The notes under the pieces: model-generated | Databases searched by the model: none | Told to the model about the DNA's origin: nothing | Seen by the model: the letters and a program-made list of their open reading frames with translations, nothing else | Program-made: the position numbers and the translations under genes | NCBI GenBank assembly: GCA_045650355.1 | Contig: JAZRRC010000172.1 | Span: forward strand, 1-38,280 | Direction: 5' to 3' | DNA: 38,280 bases | Source of the DNA: Candidatus Avispirillum sp. | GTDB taxonomy: Bacteria; Bacillota; Clostridia; Oscillospirales; CAG-272 | Part shown: positions 1 to 9,380 of the stretch, piece after piece | Layout: each line of letters starts with the position of its first letter | How positions within the stretch are numbered: the stretch's first letter is position 1

Positions 1-1047
1 AAGACCGTTTAATACGTCATTTTCTGTTGCTAAAATATATGGCTCTCTTGCGCCGTTCCAGTCAAATGAGGTATTGCGCATAGCCTCTGGGAAGTCGCAG
101 TTAGGATAGAAGTCTGTCCATTGTCTTTGACCCTGGAAGCCTGCGCAAATTGCGTTGTGGCCAACCATTTCCTCTTCGCAGCCCTTTGGTAGATTTGGGT
201 TACCGTTCATTAAGTCCTTGATAATACAAGCCATCTTAACAACAAACTCAAATTGCTCTTCCTTTTCCTTGTCGGAGATTTGCAAATCAACAGGGTTTTT
301 ATCAAAGCCCATTACGCATTTTTCCTTTGCCCATTTAAGAGCCTTATTAAATTCAGCCTCGTCATAGATGCCCTCAGACATTCTTCTGATAACCTCAACC
401 TCGTCAACTGACTCAACTCTCATACCGAGATATTCCTCGATAAATGTAGGGTCGATGATAGAGCCAGCGATACCCATACAAATAGAGCCGATTTGGAGGT
501 AAGACTTACCTCTCATTGTAGCCGCCGCAATAGCTGCACGACCAAATCTCAAAAGCTTTTCCTCAACGTCAGCAGGGATAGATGTGTCTGTTGCATCCTG
601 TACGTCGTGACCGTAAATGCCGAACGCAGGTAAACCCTTCTGTGCGTGGGAAGCAAGAACCGCTGCAAGATATACAGCGCCAGGTCTTTCTGTACCGTTG
701 AATCCCCAAACGCACTTTATTGTCATAGGGTCCATATCCATTGTTTCAGAGCCGTAGCACCAGCAAGGTGTAACTGTCAATGTGATATCAACGCCCTCTT
801 TCTTAAACTTTGCTGCGCAAGCCGCTGCTTCTGCAACTCTACCGATAGTAGTGTCTGCAATAACAACCTTTACTGGCTCACCGTTTGAATATTTAAGATT
901 CTCCTCAAAAAGCTTAGCTGCCGCCTTTGCCATGTTCATTGTCTGAACCTCGAGGGACTCACGAACCTTGAGAACACCGCGGCGGCCGTCGATAGTGGGT
1001 CTGATACCGATTACGGGATATGCGCCCACAAGTCTGTTTTCTGCCAT
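1..1047 (-). CDS. fucI: L-fucose isomerase (3' part runs off the left edge)
   Basis: Not in the ORF track. Manual minus-strand translation from ATG at 1047 gives [24 protein letters not shown]...[13 protein letters not shown]...[15 protein letters not shown], hallmark FucI motifs. GAAAGGA RBS upstream. Confidence 0.95.
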   Translation of the reverse strand, partial: MAENRLVGAYPVIGIRPTIDGRRGVLKVRESLEVQTMNMAKAAAKLFEENLKYSNGEPVKVVIADTTIGRVAEAAACAAKFKKEGVDITLTVTPCWCYGSETMDMDPMTIKCVWGFNGTERPGAVYLAAVLASHAQKGLPAFGIYGHDVQDATDTSIPADVEEKLLRFGRAAIAAATMRGKSYLQIGSICMGIAGSIIDPTFIEEYLGMRVESVDEVEVIRRMSEGIYDEAEFNKALKWAKEKCVMGFDKNPVDLQISDKEKEEQFEFVVKMACIIKDLMNGNPNLPKGCEEEMVGHNAICAGFQGQRQWTDFYPNCDFPEAMRNTSFDWNGAREPYILATENDVLNGL

Positions 1048-1087
1048 AATTATCTGATTCCTTTCAAATGCATATTTGGTTAGTTTA

Positions 1088-1116
1088 ATGATACCACAAT
1101 TTGCACAATAATTCAA
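1088..1116 (-). promoter_or_regulatory. Putative sigmaA promoter for fucI
   Basis: Minus strand TTGAAT-17 bp-TATCAT with TG extended -10. Confidence 0.55.
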
Positions 1117-1174
1117 GAAGGCGTGCTGTTTTTTTGGTATAACTAAAAAACTTTTTTTGTTCACATTTTACCTC

Positions 1175-1203
1175 TTGAAAACCACTGTCAAAATAGATAA
1201 AAT
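1175..1203 (+). promoter_or_regulatory. Putative sigmaA promoter for thioesterase
   Basis: TTGAAA-17 bp-TAAAAT. Confidence 0.55.
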
Positions 1204-1250
1204 AACAATGTAACTTTTATACATTTGTACCGACACGAAACGGAGACACT

Positions 1251-1973
1251 ATGAAGTGGACAGGAAATTACAAGGTCAACAATCACGATACAGACCTTAA
1301 CAATATAGTCAGCCTTACGGGAATTCTCAGATATATGCAGGACGCAGCAAACTGCCAGATGAAGGCAGAGGGTCCCTCCTACGATGAGCTTTTCTCAAGA
1401 GGCCTTGCCTTTGTTCTCAGCAGAATCAAGGTGAGCGTTTATCATCCCATATATGCACACGATGAGATCGAGGTTTCCACATGGGCCTGCGAATCAAGCG
1501 GCGTTTCCTTCAACCGCTGCTACTCCATCAAGAAAAACGGCGAGATCATGGCAGAGGCATATTCCATCTGGGCGCTGGTTGATACCAATGCTCACAAGCT
1601 TATCCGTGTCAGCGATTTTGAGGGAGACTACAGTCAGGATGCTCCTGTTGAGCTTGATATGGCAAAGAGATTCAGACTTCCCGCAGATATCAATCTCACT
1701 CTCGTTGGCGAAAGATGCGTTGAATATCAGGACGTTGATATTAACCGTCATATCAACAACACCCGCTACGGAGATATCCTTTGCGGATACGTTCCCGAGA
1801 TAACAGGAAACAGAGTTATCCAGTTTGAGATCAATTATATTTCCGAAGCTCCCCTCGGAGAGACTATCAAGGTCTATATGGCAAAGGGCGACGAAGGCAC
1901 ATACTTCTTCCGCACAGTACGCGACGGAGGAAAAACAAACATCGAAGCGGAAATGATGATAGAGAATATTTGA
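1251..1973 (+). CDS. Acyl-ACP thioesterase (double hot-dog fold)
   Basis: YMQDAA and DVDINRHINN motifs, 240 aa, GGAG RBS. Confidence 0.9.
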   Translation: MKWTGNYKVNNHDTDLNNIVSLTGILRYMQDAANCQMKAEGPSYDELFSRGLAFVLSRIKVSVYHPIYAHDEIEVSTWACESSGVSFNRCYSIKKNGEIMAEAYSIWALVDTNAHKLIRVSDFEGDYSQDAPVELDMAKRFRLPADINLTLVGERCVEYQDVDINRHINNTRYGDILCGYVPEITGNRVIQFEINYISEAPLGETIKVYMAKGDEGTYFFRTVRDGGKTNIEAEMMIENI

Positions 1974-1974
1974 G

Positions 1975-2010
1975 AGCAGTCAAGGCATAAGCCTTGACTG
2001 CTTTTTATTT
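1975..2010 (+). terminator. Rho-independent terminator
   Basis: AGCAGTCAAGGC-ataa-GCCTTGACTGCT followed by a T-tract. Confidence 0.85.
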
Positions 2011-2013
2011 TTC

Positions 2014-2205
2014 GCAGAAACTTTTTTGTAAAAAAGTTTCTGCAACTTCAAAAAACTTTACCTAATTGAAGTTTTCGTCCACCTTTTTCAAAAGGTGGCG
2101 CAGTCAAGGGTGCGGAGCCCTTGTCGCCCCTCGCAAGGGGCGAAATCCTTTTGCCTTCCTGGATTCCAAAGGGCACCTTTGGTCGCCCTCCGCTTGAGGG
2201 CGAAA
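2014..2205. repeat. Intergenic multi-palindrome (REP-like) element, copy 1
   Basis: Chain of hairpins: GCAGAAACTTTTTT-gt-AAAAAAGTTTCTGC, CCACCTTTT-tc-AAAAGGTGG, TCGCCCCT-cgca-AGGGGCGA, CCAAAGG-gca-CCTTTGG, TCGCCCTC-cgctt-GAGGGCGA. Core 2069-2145 recurs at 9271-9347. Confidence 0.8.
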
Positions 2206-2324
2206 TTATTAATGGTCTGCACCCAACAAAAACTTGATAACAAGAAACACAAAAACATCTATTGCTACCAATCGGGGAACCTCCATTTTTATTTCATTAA
2301 ATCATATAATAATTCCCCAAATCC

Positions 2325-2353
2325 TTGAAATTCGTAAAGCATTGTAGTATAAT
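2325..2353 (+). promoter_or_regulatory. sigmaA promoter of the cell-envelope cluster
   Basis: TTGAAA-17 bp-TATAAT. Confidence 0.7.
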
Positions 2354-2392
2354 ACACTATGTATAGTTGTGCACGGAAAGGAGGTTTGTACC

Positions 2393-4165
2393 GTGAAAAA
2401 CAAAAGGTCTCGGCTTTGGCCTGCAAGGTTTGTTGCAGACAAGCTGCGTTCCCTTGATTTCGCCTTTTGCCGACTCTATGATAACAGTCTTTTTTCTCAC
2501 TTTTCGTCAACGCTTCGTCGGAAATTTATGACTCTTTCCACAAGAGTTGCAGGCGTATTCTTTTTTACATTCGGTATATATTCCTTCCTCATTGCATTCC
2601 TGATGAAGCTCTTTTCCGAAAGGAGCGCAGATCCTTCCTCCCTATACGGAGGAGCTGCCATGATCGTTGCATGTATTCCCCTTCTCTTTTCCAAGGGCAA
2701 TATTTCAACTATCCTTACTGACAGTGCATTCGGCGGCGTTATCTGCTACTATCTTAACATCAGAAAAGAAACGCTTGATACCTCGACCCACACAGGGCAC
2801 TTAAGTATTGCATTTGTTCTCGGTGTTATTGCGGGAGGCTCAACGGTAGTATTCCCCTTATCCTATATAGTTTTTGCAATGCTCCTGGTTCTGACCTTTG
2901 CGGTTATCCTCTCCCTTCCCGAGGCGGGAATCACTCTGATGACCGTGCTGCTCTTTGTTACGGGAATCGAGCTGCAATACGTTATTCTCGGTGCAACCGC
3001 AATATCCTACGTATTTAAGCTTATTCGCAGAAAAAGAAGATTATCGTTCAAAAAAACCGATGCGGTGCTTGTTATCTTTGCGCTTTGTGCTCTCTTCGGC
3101 GTAATCGTTGCCGACGGCGAGGATACAGGTATCTCTGCTTTGAAATATTCCCTGCTTCTTATAGCTTATTTTCTCTGTATCTGCCTTGTTCGGGAAAGAG
3201 AAAAGCTTCTTAAGGTGCTTTATGCAGCTATAATGTCTGCGGGCATTATCAGCTCATTCTATATTTGTGCAAGAGCTCTTCGCGCACTTGTCAGCACAGG
3301 CTTTTTGGTTGAGCCTGACTATCTTTACAATGTAGCTTGCGCTTTGCCCGCCATTGAAAGCGGCTTCGCCCCCTTTGCCTTTGCAGTTCTTACTCCTCTT
3401 TGCTGTGCCTTTATCATAAAGGCAAGCTCAGACGGATACAGATTCACATCCTGTCTCTGCCTTGCATCAATGCTTGGCTATCTCCTTCTTTCAGGAGAGC
3501 TTGCATTTGCTCTTGCAGGCGCTGTTGCAACAACCTTCTTCCTTTTCGTTACAGGATCAAGATGGGTCTACGTTTCTATCAGCGCTGTACTTGGCGGCTC
3601 GGTCATCCTCGCTTTTTCAGGCTCCTTCGGAGACAGAATATACAGATACGTTATGTCAAGCCTCTCCGATGCCTTCAATCAGGCAAGAGATATGTCCTAC
3701 ATCTCCAGCAATACCTTCTCAAGAGAGTATGCGCTGTGGGGTCACGGATTCAACGGCTTTGAGGATACCGGCTCAAACTTCTATTATTCCCTCGTTTCAC
3801 ACCTCGGAATTGCCGGATTTGTTATCCTCTGTGTTTTCGTGCTTTTCGTTTTAGCAGAGGCGACGGTCATTACAATAAAAACATATCGCACCTCTCAGTG
3901 CGATGAGGCAATGAGCAGATTCCCCTCTATAGGCTCCCCTGCAGAAACAAGAGCCTGCACCCTTGCTCTTTCCTGCTCGATTATCGTTTGTATTATCTGC
4001 GCAACGTTTTGTAACTTCTTCACAAATCCGTCTACTTATCTTATGTTCTTCATGCTGTGTGCATTCTGCGCCGCTTATGCACGAAGCGCAAAGGATGAGA
4101 TAGGCAATGCAGAGGGCGCGCTTTCCTGTAACCAGTCAAGCGACCGCTATCTGACTAAGCTCTGA
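2393..4165 (+). CDS. Polytopic membrane protein, O-antigen ligase/Wzy-like
   Basis: Many TM segments. C-terminal WGHGFNGF...NFYYSLVSHLGIAG resembles the Wzy_C loop. Context with TagO and LCP. GTG start at 2393 after AAGGAGG. Confidence 0.6.
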   Translation: MKNKRSRLWPARFVADKLRSLDFAFCRLYDNSLFSHFSSTLRRKFMTLSTRVAGVFFFTFGIYSFLIAFLMKLFSERSADPSSLYGGAAMIVACIPLLFSKGNISTILTDSAFGGVICYYLNIRKETLDTSTHTGHLSIAFVLGVIAGGSTVVFPLSYIVFAMLLVLTFAVILSLPEAGITLMTVLLFVTGIELQYVILGATAISYVFKLIRRKRRLSFKKTDAVLVIFALCALFGVIVADGEDTGISALKYSLLLIAYFLCICLVREREKLLKVLYAAIMSAGIISSFYICARALRALVSTGFLVEPDYLYNVACALPAIESGFAPFAFAVLTPLCCAFIIKASSDGYRFTSCLCLASMLGYLLLSGELAFALAGAVATTFFLFVTGSRWVYVSISAVLGGSVILAFSGSFGDRIYRYVMSSLSDAFNQARDMSYISSNTFSREYALWGHGFNGFEDTGSNFYYSLVSHLGIAGFVILCVFVLFVLAEATVITIKTYRTSQCDEAMSRFPSIGSPAETRACTLALSCSIIVCIICATFCNFFTNPSTYLMFFMLCAFCAAYARSAKDEIGNAEGALSCNQSSDRYLTKL

Positions 4166-4178
4166 TATACGCAAAGGA

Positions 4179-4664
4179 GTGATAAAATTGAACACAAAAA
4201 ACAAAAAGAAAATAAATATAGTTGACGTCATTATCCTGACGGCACTGGTTGTAGCAATCATCTGCGCCGGCTTTACCATAGTAAAGGGACTGGGCTCCTT
4301 CGGTGAGCGAGTATCCATCAGCTATACTGTTGCCGTCGACCCCATTGACAGCGACTTCGTTTCAAAGGTAAGCGTAGGCGACGGACTTTACGATTTTGCA
4401 ACTGCCGACCGTATCGGAACCGTCAGCGCAGTTTCAGACGGACAGGCTTACCGCAAGTCCTACAGCGAGGGCTCAGACCCCCGCGGCAGCGCTATTGAAG
4501 GCATGAGCGTGCTTTATATCACGCTGACAGCTGAAGCCACAAAGACGGATACCGGATATTCCATAGGAAATACCCTCCTGGGCATCGGTCGTGAAATCGA
4601 AATGAGATTCCCGGGTCTTTACTGCATCGGAGAATGCGTAAGGATCGAAAGAATCGAAGAATAA
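4179..4664 (+). CDS. DUF4330-like membrane-anchored protein
   Basis: Basic N-terminus plus NIVDVII TM anchor and beta-rich body. Paralog of 5943-6440. Confidence 0.6.
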   Translation: MIKLNTKNKKKINIVDVIILTALVVAIICAGFTIVKGLGSFGERVSISYTVAVDPIDSDFVSKVSVGDGLYDFATADRIGTVSAVSDGQAYRKSYSEGSDPRGSAIEGMSVLYITLTAEATKTDTGYSIGNTLLGIGREIEMRFPGLYCIGECVRIERIEE

Positions 4665-4668
4665 ATGA

Positions 4669-5928
4669 TTGGAGAATATTATGGAAATCACCTCTCTTAT
4701 AACCAATGAACTGACCACGATAATTACCTCACTTATTATCGCCATCGTTGCAGTTGCCTGTGCGGCGCTTGTTTCCTACACAACAACCCCTCCCGTCAGA
4801 CTTCTTGCATTCAGAATCGGAGCTATTGATATTCCCACAGATGCAAGACGTATGCACAAAAAGCCTATCCCCCGTATCGGCGGTCTTGCTATCTTTGCCG
4901 GATTCCTTGTTGCAACCCTCGTATTCTGCGAGCCCTCCTCCCAACTTTTCGCTATCTGGATCGGAGGCGGAATCCTTATTATTCTCGGAATCCTTGACGA
5001 TATTTTCCGCCTTCCCGCTCTTATAAAGCTGGTGGTTCAGCTTTGCGTTGCAGGTATTGCAGTTTCATTCGGTATTCTTATCGAGCATATCACACTCTTC
5101 GGTGCTCATATCGAATTCGGATATTTCTCCATTCCCATCACAATGCTCTGGATAGTAGGCCTTTCAAACGCCATCAACCTTATCGACGGTCTTGACGGTC
5201 TTTCCTGCGGTATCTCCGCTATCACCTCCTTCTCCATCTTTATGGTTATGCTCATCACAGGTGACTATACAGCGGCGCTTATCACAGCTATCCTTACAGG
5301 CTCCTGCCTCGGATTCTTGCCCTACAACAAGAACCCTGCCAAGATATTCATGGGCGACACAGGTGCGCTGTTCCTCGGATATACTCTTTCCATCATTTCC
5401 GTACAGGGACTCTTCAAGCTCCATACAATGCTTTCCTTCCTTGTACCTCTCTCAATTTTTGCACTTCCCATTTTCGATACACTTATCGCAATCATCCGCC
5501 GTGTTCTCCACGGCCAGAGCCCCTTCCATCCCGACCGCGGCCATTTCCACCACAAGCTGGTAGACATGGGCTTCACTCACAAGGAAGCTGTTAAGATTCT
5601 TTATGCTATCTCCGGTCTTATGGGTCTCGTTGCAGCAACCTATACCGAGGCAATGTTCCAGGAATCTGTAACAAGAATCTGGAAGACAGTTGTTCTCTTT
5701 GTTGCAGCAATCTTCATCCTCATTCTCATCTTCATCTGCATGAAGAAGCCCAGCACACGTATCCTTTCAGGTCTTGCAGAGCATGTAAGCGAGATCAGAC
5801 TCGAGGCTGAAAAGCAGGAGCGAGAGGCAAAGGAAAAGGCTGAGGCTGAGGCTGAAGCACTTGAAAAGGCTGCATTCGCCGAAAAGAAAAAGAAAGCAAA
5901 AAAAGACAAGAAAAACGCTGATAAATAA
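4669..5928 (+). CDS. Undecaprenyl-phosphate GlcNAc-1-phosphate transferase (TagO/WecA, GT4/MraY family)
   Basis: PRIGGLAIF, GILDD, NAINLIDGLDGL, IFMGDTGA and DRGHFHH motifs. Start may be ATG 4681. Confidence 0.92.
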   Translation: MENIMEITSLITNELTTIITSLIIAIVAVACAALVSYTTTPPVRLLAFRIGAIDIPTDARRMHKKPIPRIGGLAIFAGFLVATLVFCEPSSQLFAIWIGGGILIILGILDDIFRLPALIKLVVQLCVAGIAVSFGILIEHITLFGAHIEFGYFSIPITMLWIVGLSNAINLIDGLDGLSCGISAITSFSIFMVMLITGDYTAALITAILTGSCLGFLPYNKNPAKIFMGDTGALFLGYTLSIISVQGLFKLHTMLSFLVPLSIFALPIFDTLIAIIRRVLHGQSPFHPDRGHFHHKLVDMGFTHKEAVKILYAISGLMGLVAATYTEAMFQESVTRIWKTVVLFVAAIFILILIFICMKKPSTRILSGLAEHVSEIRLEAEKQEREAKEKAEAEAEALEKAAFAEKKKKAKKDKKNADK

Positions 5929-5942
5929 CAGCCTGAATAAAT

Positions 5943-6440
5943 ATGAATAAAAAAGAAGAAATTAAAAACAAGAAAAAGATCGCCGCAGTTGACGTGATGA
6001 TAGCCGTCCTCATTGTTCTTTGCATTGCAGGACTTATTATCCGTATCGCTGTGGGCGACAGCGGTCTTTTCTCAGGCGGCAAGGGTGAGTATATCGTTTC
6101 CTACGTCGTTCGGGGAGAGGACGATGAATACAGTCCCTATTTTTCAGAGGGACGTGAGTTCTTCCTTGAAAGCGGTGAAAGCTTCGGCACTCTTATTGCA
6201 GACGCAGAGCTCCCCCCCGCAGAGGTATATGAGGAAACTCCCACAGGAGAGCTTAAGCTTTATTATGCTACAGACGGCATGGTAGACTTCAAGGGCACTG
6301 TCCTTGTGAAGGGCACCATGACAGACTCAGGCTTCCTTCTCAATTCAAACACATATATCGCCCCCAATATGACTATTACAGTTGCAAGCTCAGACATCAC
6401 AGTTGAGCTTCTTATCACCGACATTACAAAGGCCCAGTAA
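5943..6440 (+). CDS. DUF4330-like membrane-anchored protein
   Basis: Same layout as 4179-4664 (KKKIAAVDVMI TM, ISY.V, T..G(Y/F)). Confidence 0.55.
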   Translation: MNKKEEIKNKKKIAAVDVMIAVLIVLCIAGLIIRIAVGDSGLFSGGKGEYIVSYVVRGEDDEYSPYFSEGREFFLESGESFGTLIADAELPPAEVYEETPTGELKLYYATDGMVDFKGTVLVKGTMTDSGFLLNSNTYIAPNMTITVASSDITVELLITDITKAQ

Positions 6441-6474
6441 AAAGACCTTTGGCATAAGAAAGGTTGGTATTTTA

Positions 6475-7614
6475 TTGAACAATCTTAAAAATTTCGGAAT
6501 AGTTTTTGCAGTTTCCTTCGTTGTTCTCGGTATTATCGCAATATTTGCCTGCGGCTACGTGGCAGATACCGTTGCGGGAATCTTTACCGATGACGGAGAC
6601 GACCTTGATGCAATTCTGACTCCTGCTGAAACAACGGGAATAGGAAACGACGGCGAGGACGACAGACTTACAAAAAAGCTTAACGGCGAAAGCTTCACAT
6701 GGCTTATGATAGTCTCCGACTACCGCCCGAATGTTTTTGACAACTACTATCCTCAGTCTGAAAAGGACGTTGACAAGCTGAAGGAGGACTTCGGTATCCT
6801 CGACGACGAATACAGACTTATTGAGGCTACAAACATCGTTGTTATCCGTGCTGACGTCAAGACCCGTGAATACGTTGTCATGACTATCCCCACAGAAACA
6901 AGGATAGACACCCCCTCCGGCAAGATTACTCTTGGCGAGGTTTACGGTATCAGCGGCGCCGAGACCCTCTCAAAGGAAGTCGGCAGCATGACCGGTCTTA
7001 ACGTTGACTACTACTCAGTTATCCACTCCACAGAGCTTCCTACCGTTGCAAATACTGTGGGAAGCATTCAGTGCAATATCCCCGTTGACATTGCCTTTGA
7101 CGGAAAGAACTATGTGACAGCCCCTGAGGAGGTCACAACAGACAAGTCCGATGCTAAGGAAACAACAGCGAAAAAGGATAAGGACAAGGATAAAGATAAA
7201 AAGGACGAGACCACAGAGGCTGAGACAACCTATGTAAAGGAGCTTGACCGTGCTGCAAGCGTAAACCTTGCAAAAAAGCTTACGGCTGCCCTCCTTTACT
7301 ATGATGATACCGACGGTATTGACGACGAGATGCTTATTCTCCAGAGCTTTGCCAACGGACTTATGGTAAACCTCTCAGGAAAATCTGACGGAGACCTTAC
7401 CTCAGCATTCACAAGCATCAACAAAAAGCTTGTGAGCACAAACATTACAAAGGACGACGTTCTGGCTCATACCGAGGTTATCCGCGGCTACAGCTGGTTC
7501 AAGATCCAGACACTCACTTACCCCGGAAAGTATATTCCCGGAAGAGCCGGAAGAGAAGGCTACTACAATCCCGATATTGACGCGGCTATCAGCTTCTTTG
7601 CTGACTACCGCTGA
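6475..7614 (+). CDS. LCP (LytR-CpsA-Psr) family protein, degenerate
   Basis: N-terminal TM, FTWLMI, VMTIP, TGLNVDYY and VGSIQCNIPVDI match the LCP fold. TTG start at 6475 after GAAAGG. Confidence 0.7.
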   Translation: MNNLKNFGIVFAVSFVVLGIIAIFACGYVADTVAGIFTDDGDDLDAILTPAETTGIGNDGEDDRLTKKLNGESFTWLMIVSDYRPNVFDNYYPQSEKDVDKLKEDFGILDDEYRLIEATNIVVIRADVKTREYVVMTIPTETRIDTPSGKITLGEVYGISGAETLSKEVGSMTGLNVDYYSVIHSTELPTVANTVGSIQCNIPVDIAFDGKNYVTAPEEVTTDKSDAKETTAKKDKDKDKDKKDETTEAETTYVKELDRAASVNLAKKLTAALLYYDDTDGIDDEMLILQSFANGLMVNLSGKSDGDLTSAFTSINKKLVSTNITKDDVLAHTEVIRGYSWFKIQTLTYPGKYIPGRAGREGYYNPDIDAAISFFADYR

Positions 7615-7651
7615 ATAATATAAGTTATAAACCGAAAGGACAATAAATATC

Positions 7652-9058
7652 ATGGCAAGAATGAAAAACACAGACAAGACGATGGATAAGATCGTCGCAC
7701 TTTGCAAGGGCCGCGGCTTCGTATACGCAGGCAGTGAAATCTACGGCGGTCTCGCAAACTCCTGGGACTACGGCCCCCTCGGCGTTGAGTTCAAGAACAA
7801 CGTAAAGAAGGCTTGGTGGAAGAAGTTCGTTCAGGAATCCAAGTACAACGTAGGTCTCGATGCAGGTATCCTTATGAACCCCCGCACATGGGTTGCATCC
7901 GGACACGTAGTTAACTTTAACGACCCCCTTATCGACTGCCACTCCTGTAAGATGCGTCACCGCGCTGACAAGCTCATCGAGGACTGGAACGCAGAGAACG
8001 GCGTTGATATGGTAGTTGAGGCTCTCTCCAACGAGGAGATGACAGCATACATCCGCGAGCATTCCATCCCCTGCCCCGGCTGCGGCAAGTCTGACTTTAC
8101 AGATATCCGTAAGTTCAACATGATGTTCAAGACATTCCAGGGCGTTACAGAGGACTCTTCCACAGAGCTTTACCTCCGTCCCGAGACTGCTCAGGGTATC
8201 TTCGTTAACTTCAAAAACGTTCAGAGAACAACAAGAAAGAAGGTTCCCTTCGGCGTTTGCCAGGTAGGTAAGTCCTTCAGAAACGAGATCACTCCCGGTA
8301 ACTTCACATTCAGAACAAGAGAGTTTGAGCAGATGGAGCTTGAGTTCTACTGCAAGCCCGGCACAGACCTTGAATGGTTCAACTACTGGAAGGAGTACTG
8401 CCACAAGTGGCTCCTCGACCTCGGCATGAGAGAGGAAAACCTCAAGCTCCGTGACCACGAGGAGGCTGAGCTTTTCCACTACTCCAAGGCAACAACAGAC
8501 TTCGAGTTCCTCTTCCCCTTCGGATGGGGCGAGCTCTGGGGTATTGCTGACAGAACAGACTTCGACCTTAAGTCTCACCAGAATGAGTCCGGCGAGTCTA
8601 TGGAATACTTCGATCCCGAAACAAACGAAAAGTATATCCCCTACGTTGTAGAGCCCTCCCTCGGTGCTGACCGTGTTGCTCTCGCATTCCTTATCGAGGC
8701 TTACGACGAAGAGGTTGTAGACGAGGCTAAGAACGACGTTCGTGTTGTTCTCCACCTCCATCCCGCACTTGCTCCTATCAAGGCAGCAGTTCTTCCCCTC
8801 TCCAAGAAGCTCTCCGAGCAGGCTGAGGAGGTTTACTCTGAGCTTGCAAAGTACTACAGAGTTGACTTCGACGAAACTGGCTCTATCGGTAAGCGCTACC
8901 GCCGTCAGGACGAGATCGGTACTCCCTACTGCATTACATACGACTTCGATTCTATCGAGGACGGCTGCGTAACAGTTCGTGAGCGTGACTCCATGGAGCA
9001 GGTACGTCTCCCCATTTCCGAGCTCAAGGCATACCTCGACGAGAAGCTTTACTTCTAA
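7652..9058 (+). CDS. glyQS: Glycine--tRNA ligase (homodimeric type)
   Basis: [62 protein letters not shown]. Confidence 0.98.
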   Translation: MARMKNTDKTMDKIVALCKGRGFVYAGSEIYGGLANSWDYGPLGVEFKNNVKKAWWKKFVQESKYNVGLDAGILMNPRTWVASGHVVNFNDPLIDCHSCKMRHRADKLIEDWNAENGVDMVVEALSNEEMTAYIREHSIPCPGCGKSDFTDIRKFNMMFKTFQGVTEDSSTELYLRPETAQGIFVNFKNVQRTTRKKVPFGVCQVGKSFRNEITPGNFTFRTREFEQMELEFYCKPGTDLEWFNYWKEYCHKWLLDLGMREENLKLRDHEEAELFHYSKATTDFEFLFPFGWGELWGIADRTDFDLKSHQNESGESMEYFDPETNEKYIPYVVEPSLGADRVALAFLIEAYDEEVVDEAKNDVRVVLHLHPALAPIKAAVLPLSKKLSEQAEEVYSELAKYYRVDFDETGSIGKRYRRQDEIGTPYCITYDFDSIEDGCVTVRERDSMEQVRLPISELKAYLDEKLYF

Positions 9059-9069
9059 GAGAGTACGCT

Positions 9070-9347
9070 CGCTTTTTTGAAAAAAAGCTCCGCAAAAAAC
9101 TTTAAAAATCAGTTCAGCAGAACTTTACAGGCAAAAGTTGCGGTGCCTAGGCACCGCGGGCGCTTTAGCGCCCTGCCAACGCAGGAAAGCACACGAAAAT
9201 GAGCTCGTTCATTTTCGTGTCTTTCCCGTTAATGCGTTGGCTTTTGCCTTTCGCTATCTTTGTTAGCATAAAGTTTTCGTCAACCTTTTTCAAAAGGTTG
9301 CAGGTTGTTAGGGCAGAGCCCTGACTCGCACCTCGCAAGGTGCGAAA
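9070..9347. repeat. Intergenic multi-palindrome (REP-like) element, copy 2, with nested structured insert
   Basis: Shares the left module (TTTTTTG.AAAAAAG...CAAAAAACTTTA) and right core (AAGTTTTCGTC.ACCTTTTTCAAAAGGT.G...GAGCCCT...TCGC.CCTCGCAAGG.GCGAAA) with 2014-2145. Confidence 0.8.
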
Positions 9348-9380
9348 CACCTTAAATGTTCACAAGAAAGGAAAAGTATT

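Noticed and set aside
155-888. Short plus-strand ORFs
   Set aside because: They overlap fucI on the opposite strand.
2014-2205. Possible CRISPR array
   Set aside because: No regularly spaced identical repeats with unique spacers, and no cas genes.
7130-7230. Low-complexity KDKDKD repeat
   Set aside because: Simple charged linker inside the LCP protein, not an independent element.
7625-8761. 378-aa minus-strand ORF
   Set aside because: Antisense to the highly biased glyQS gene.
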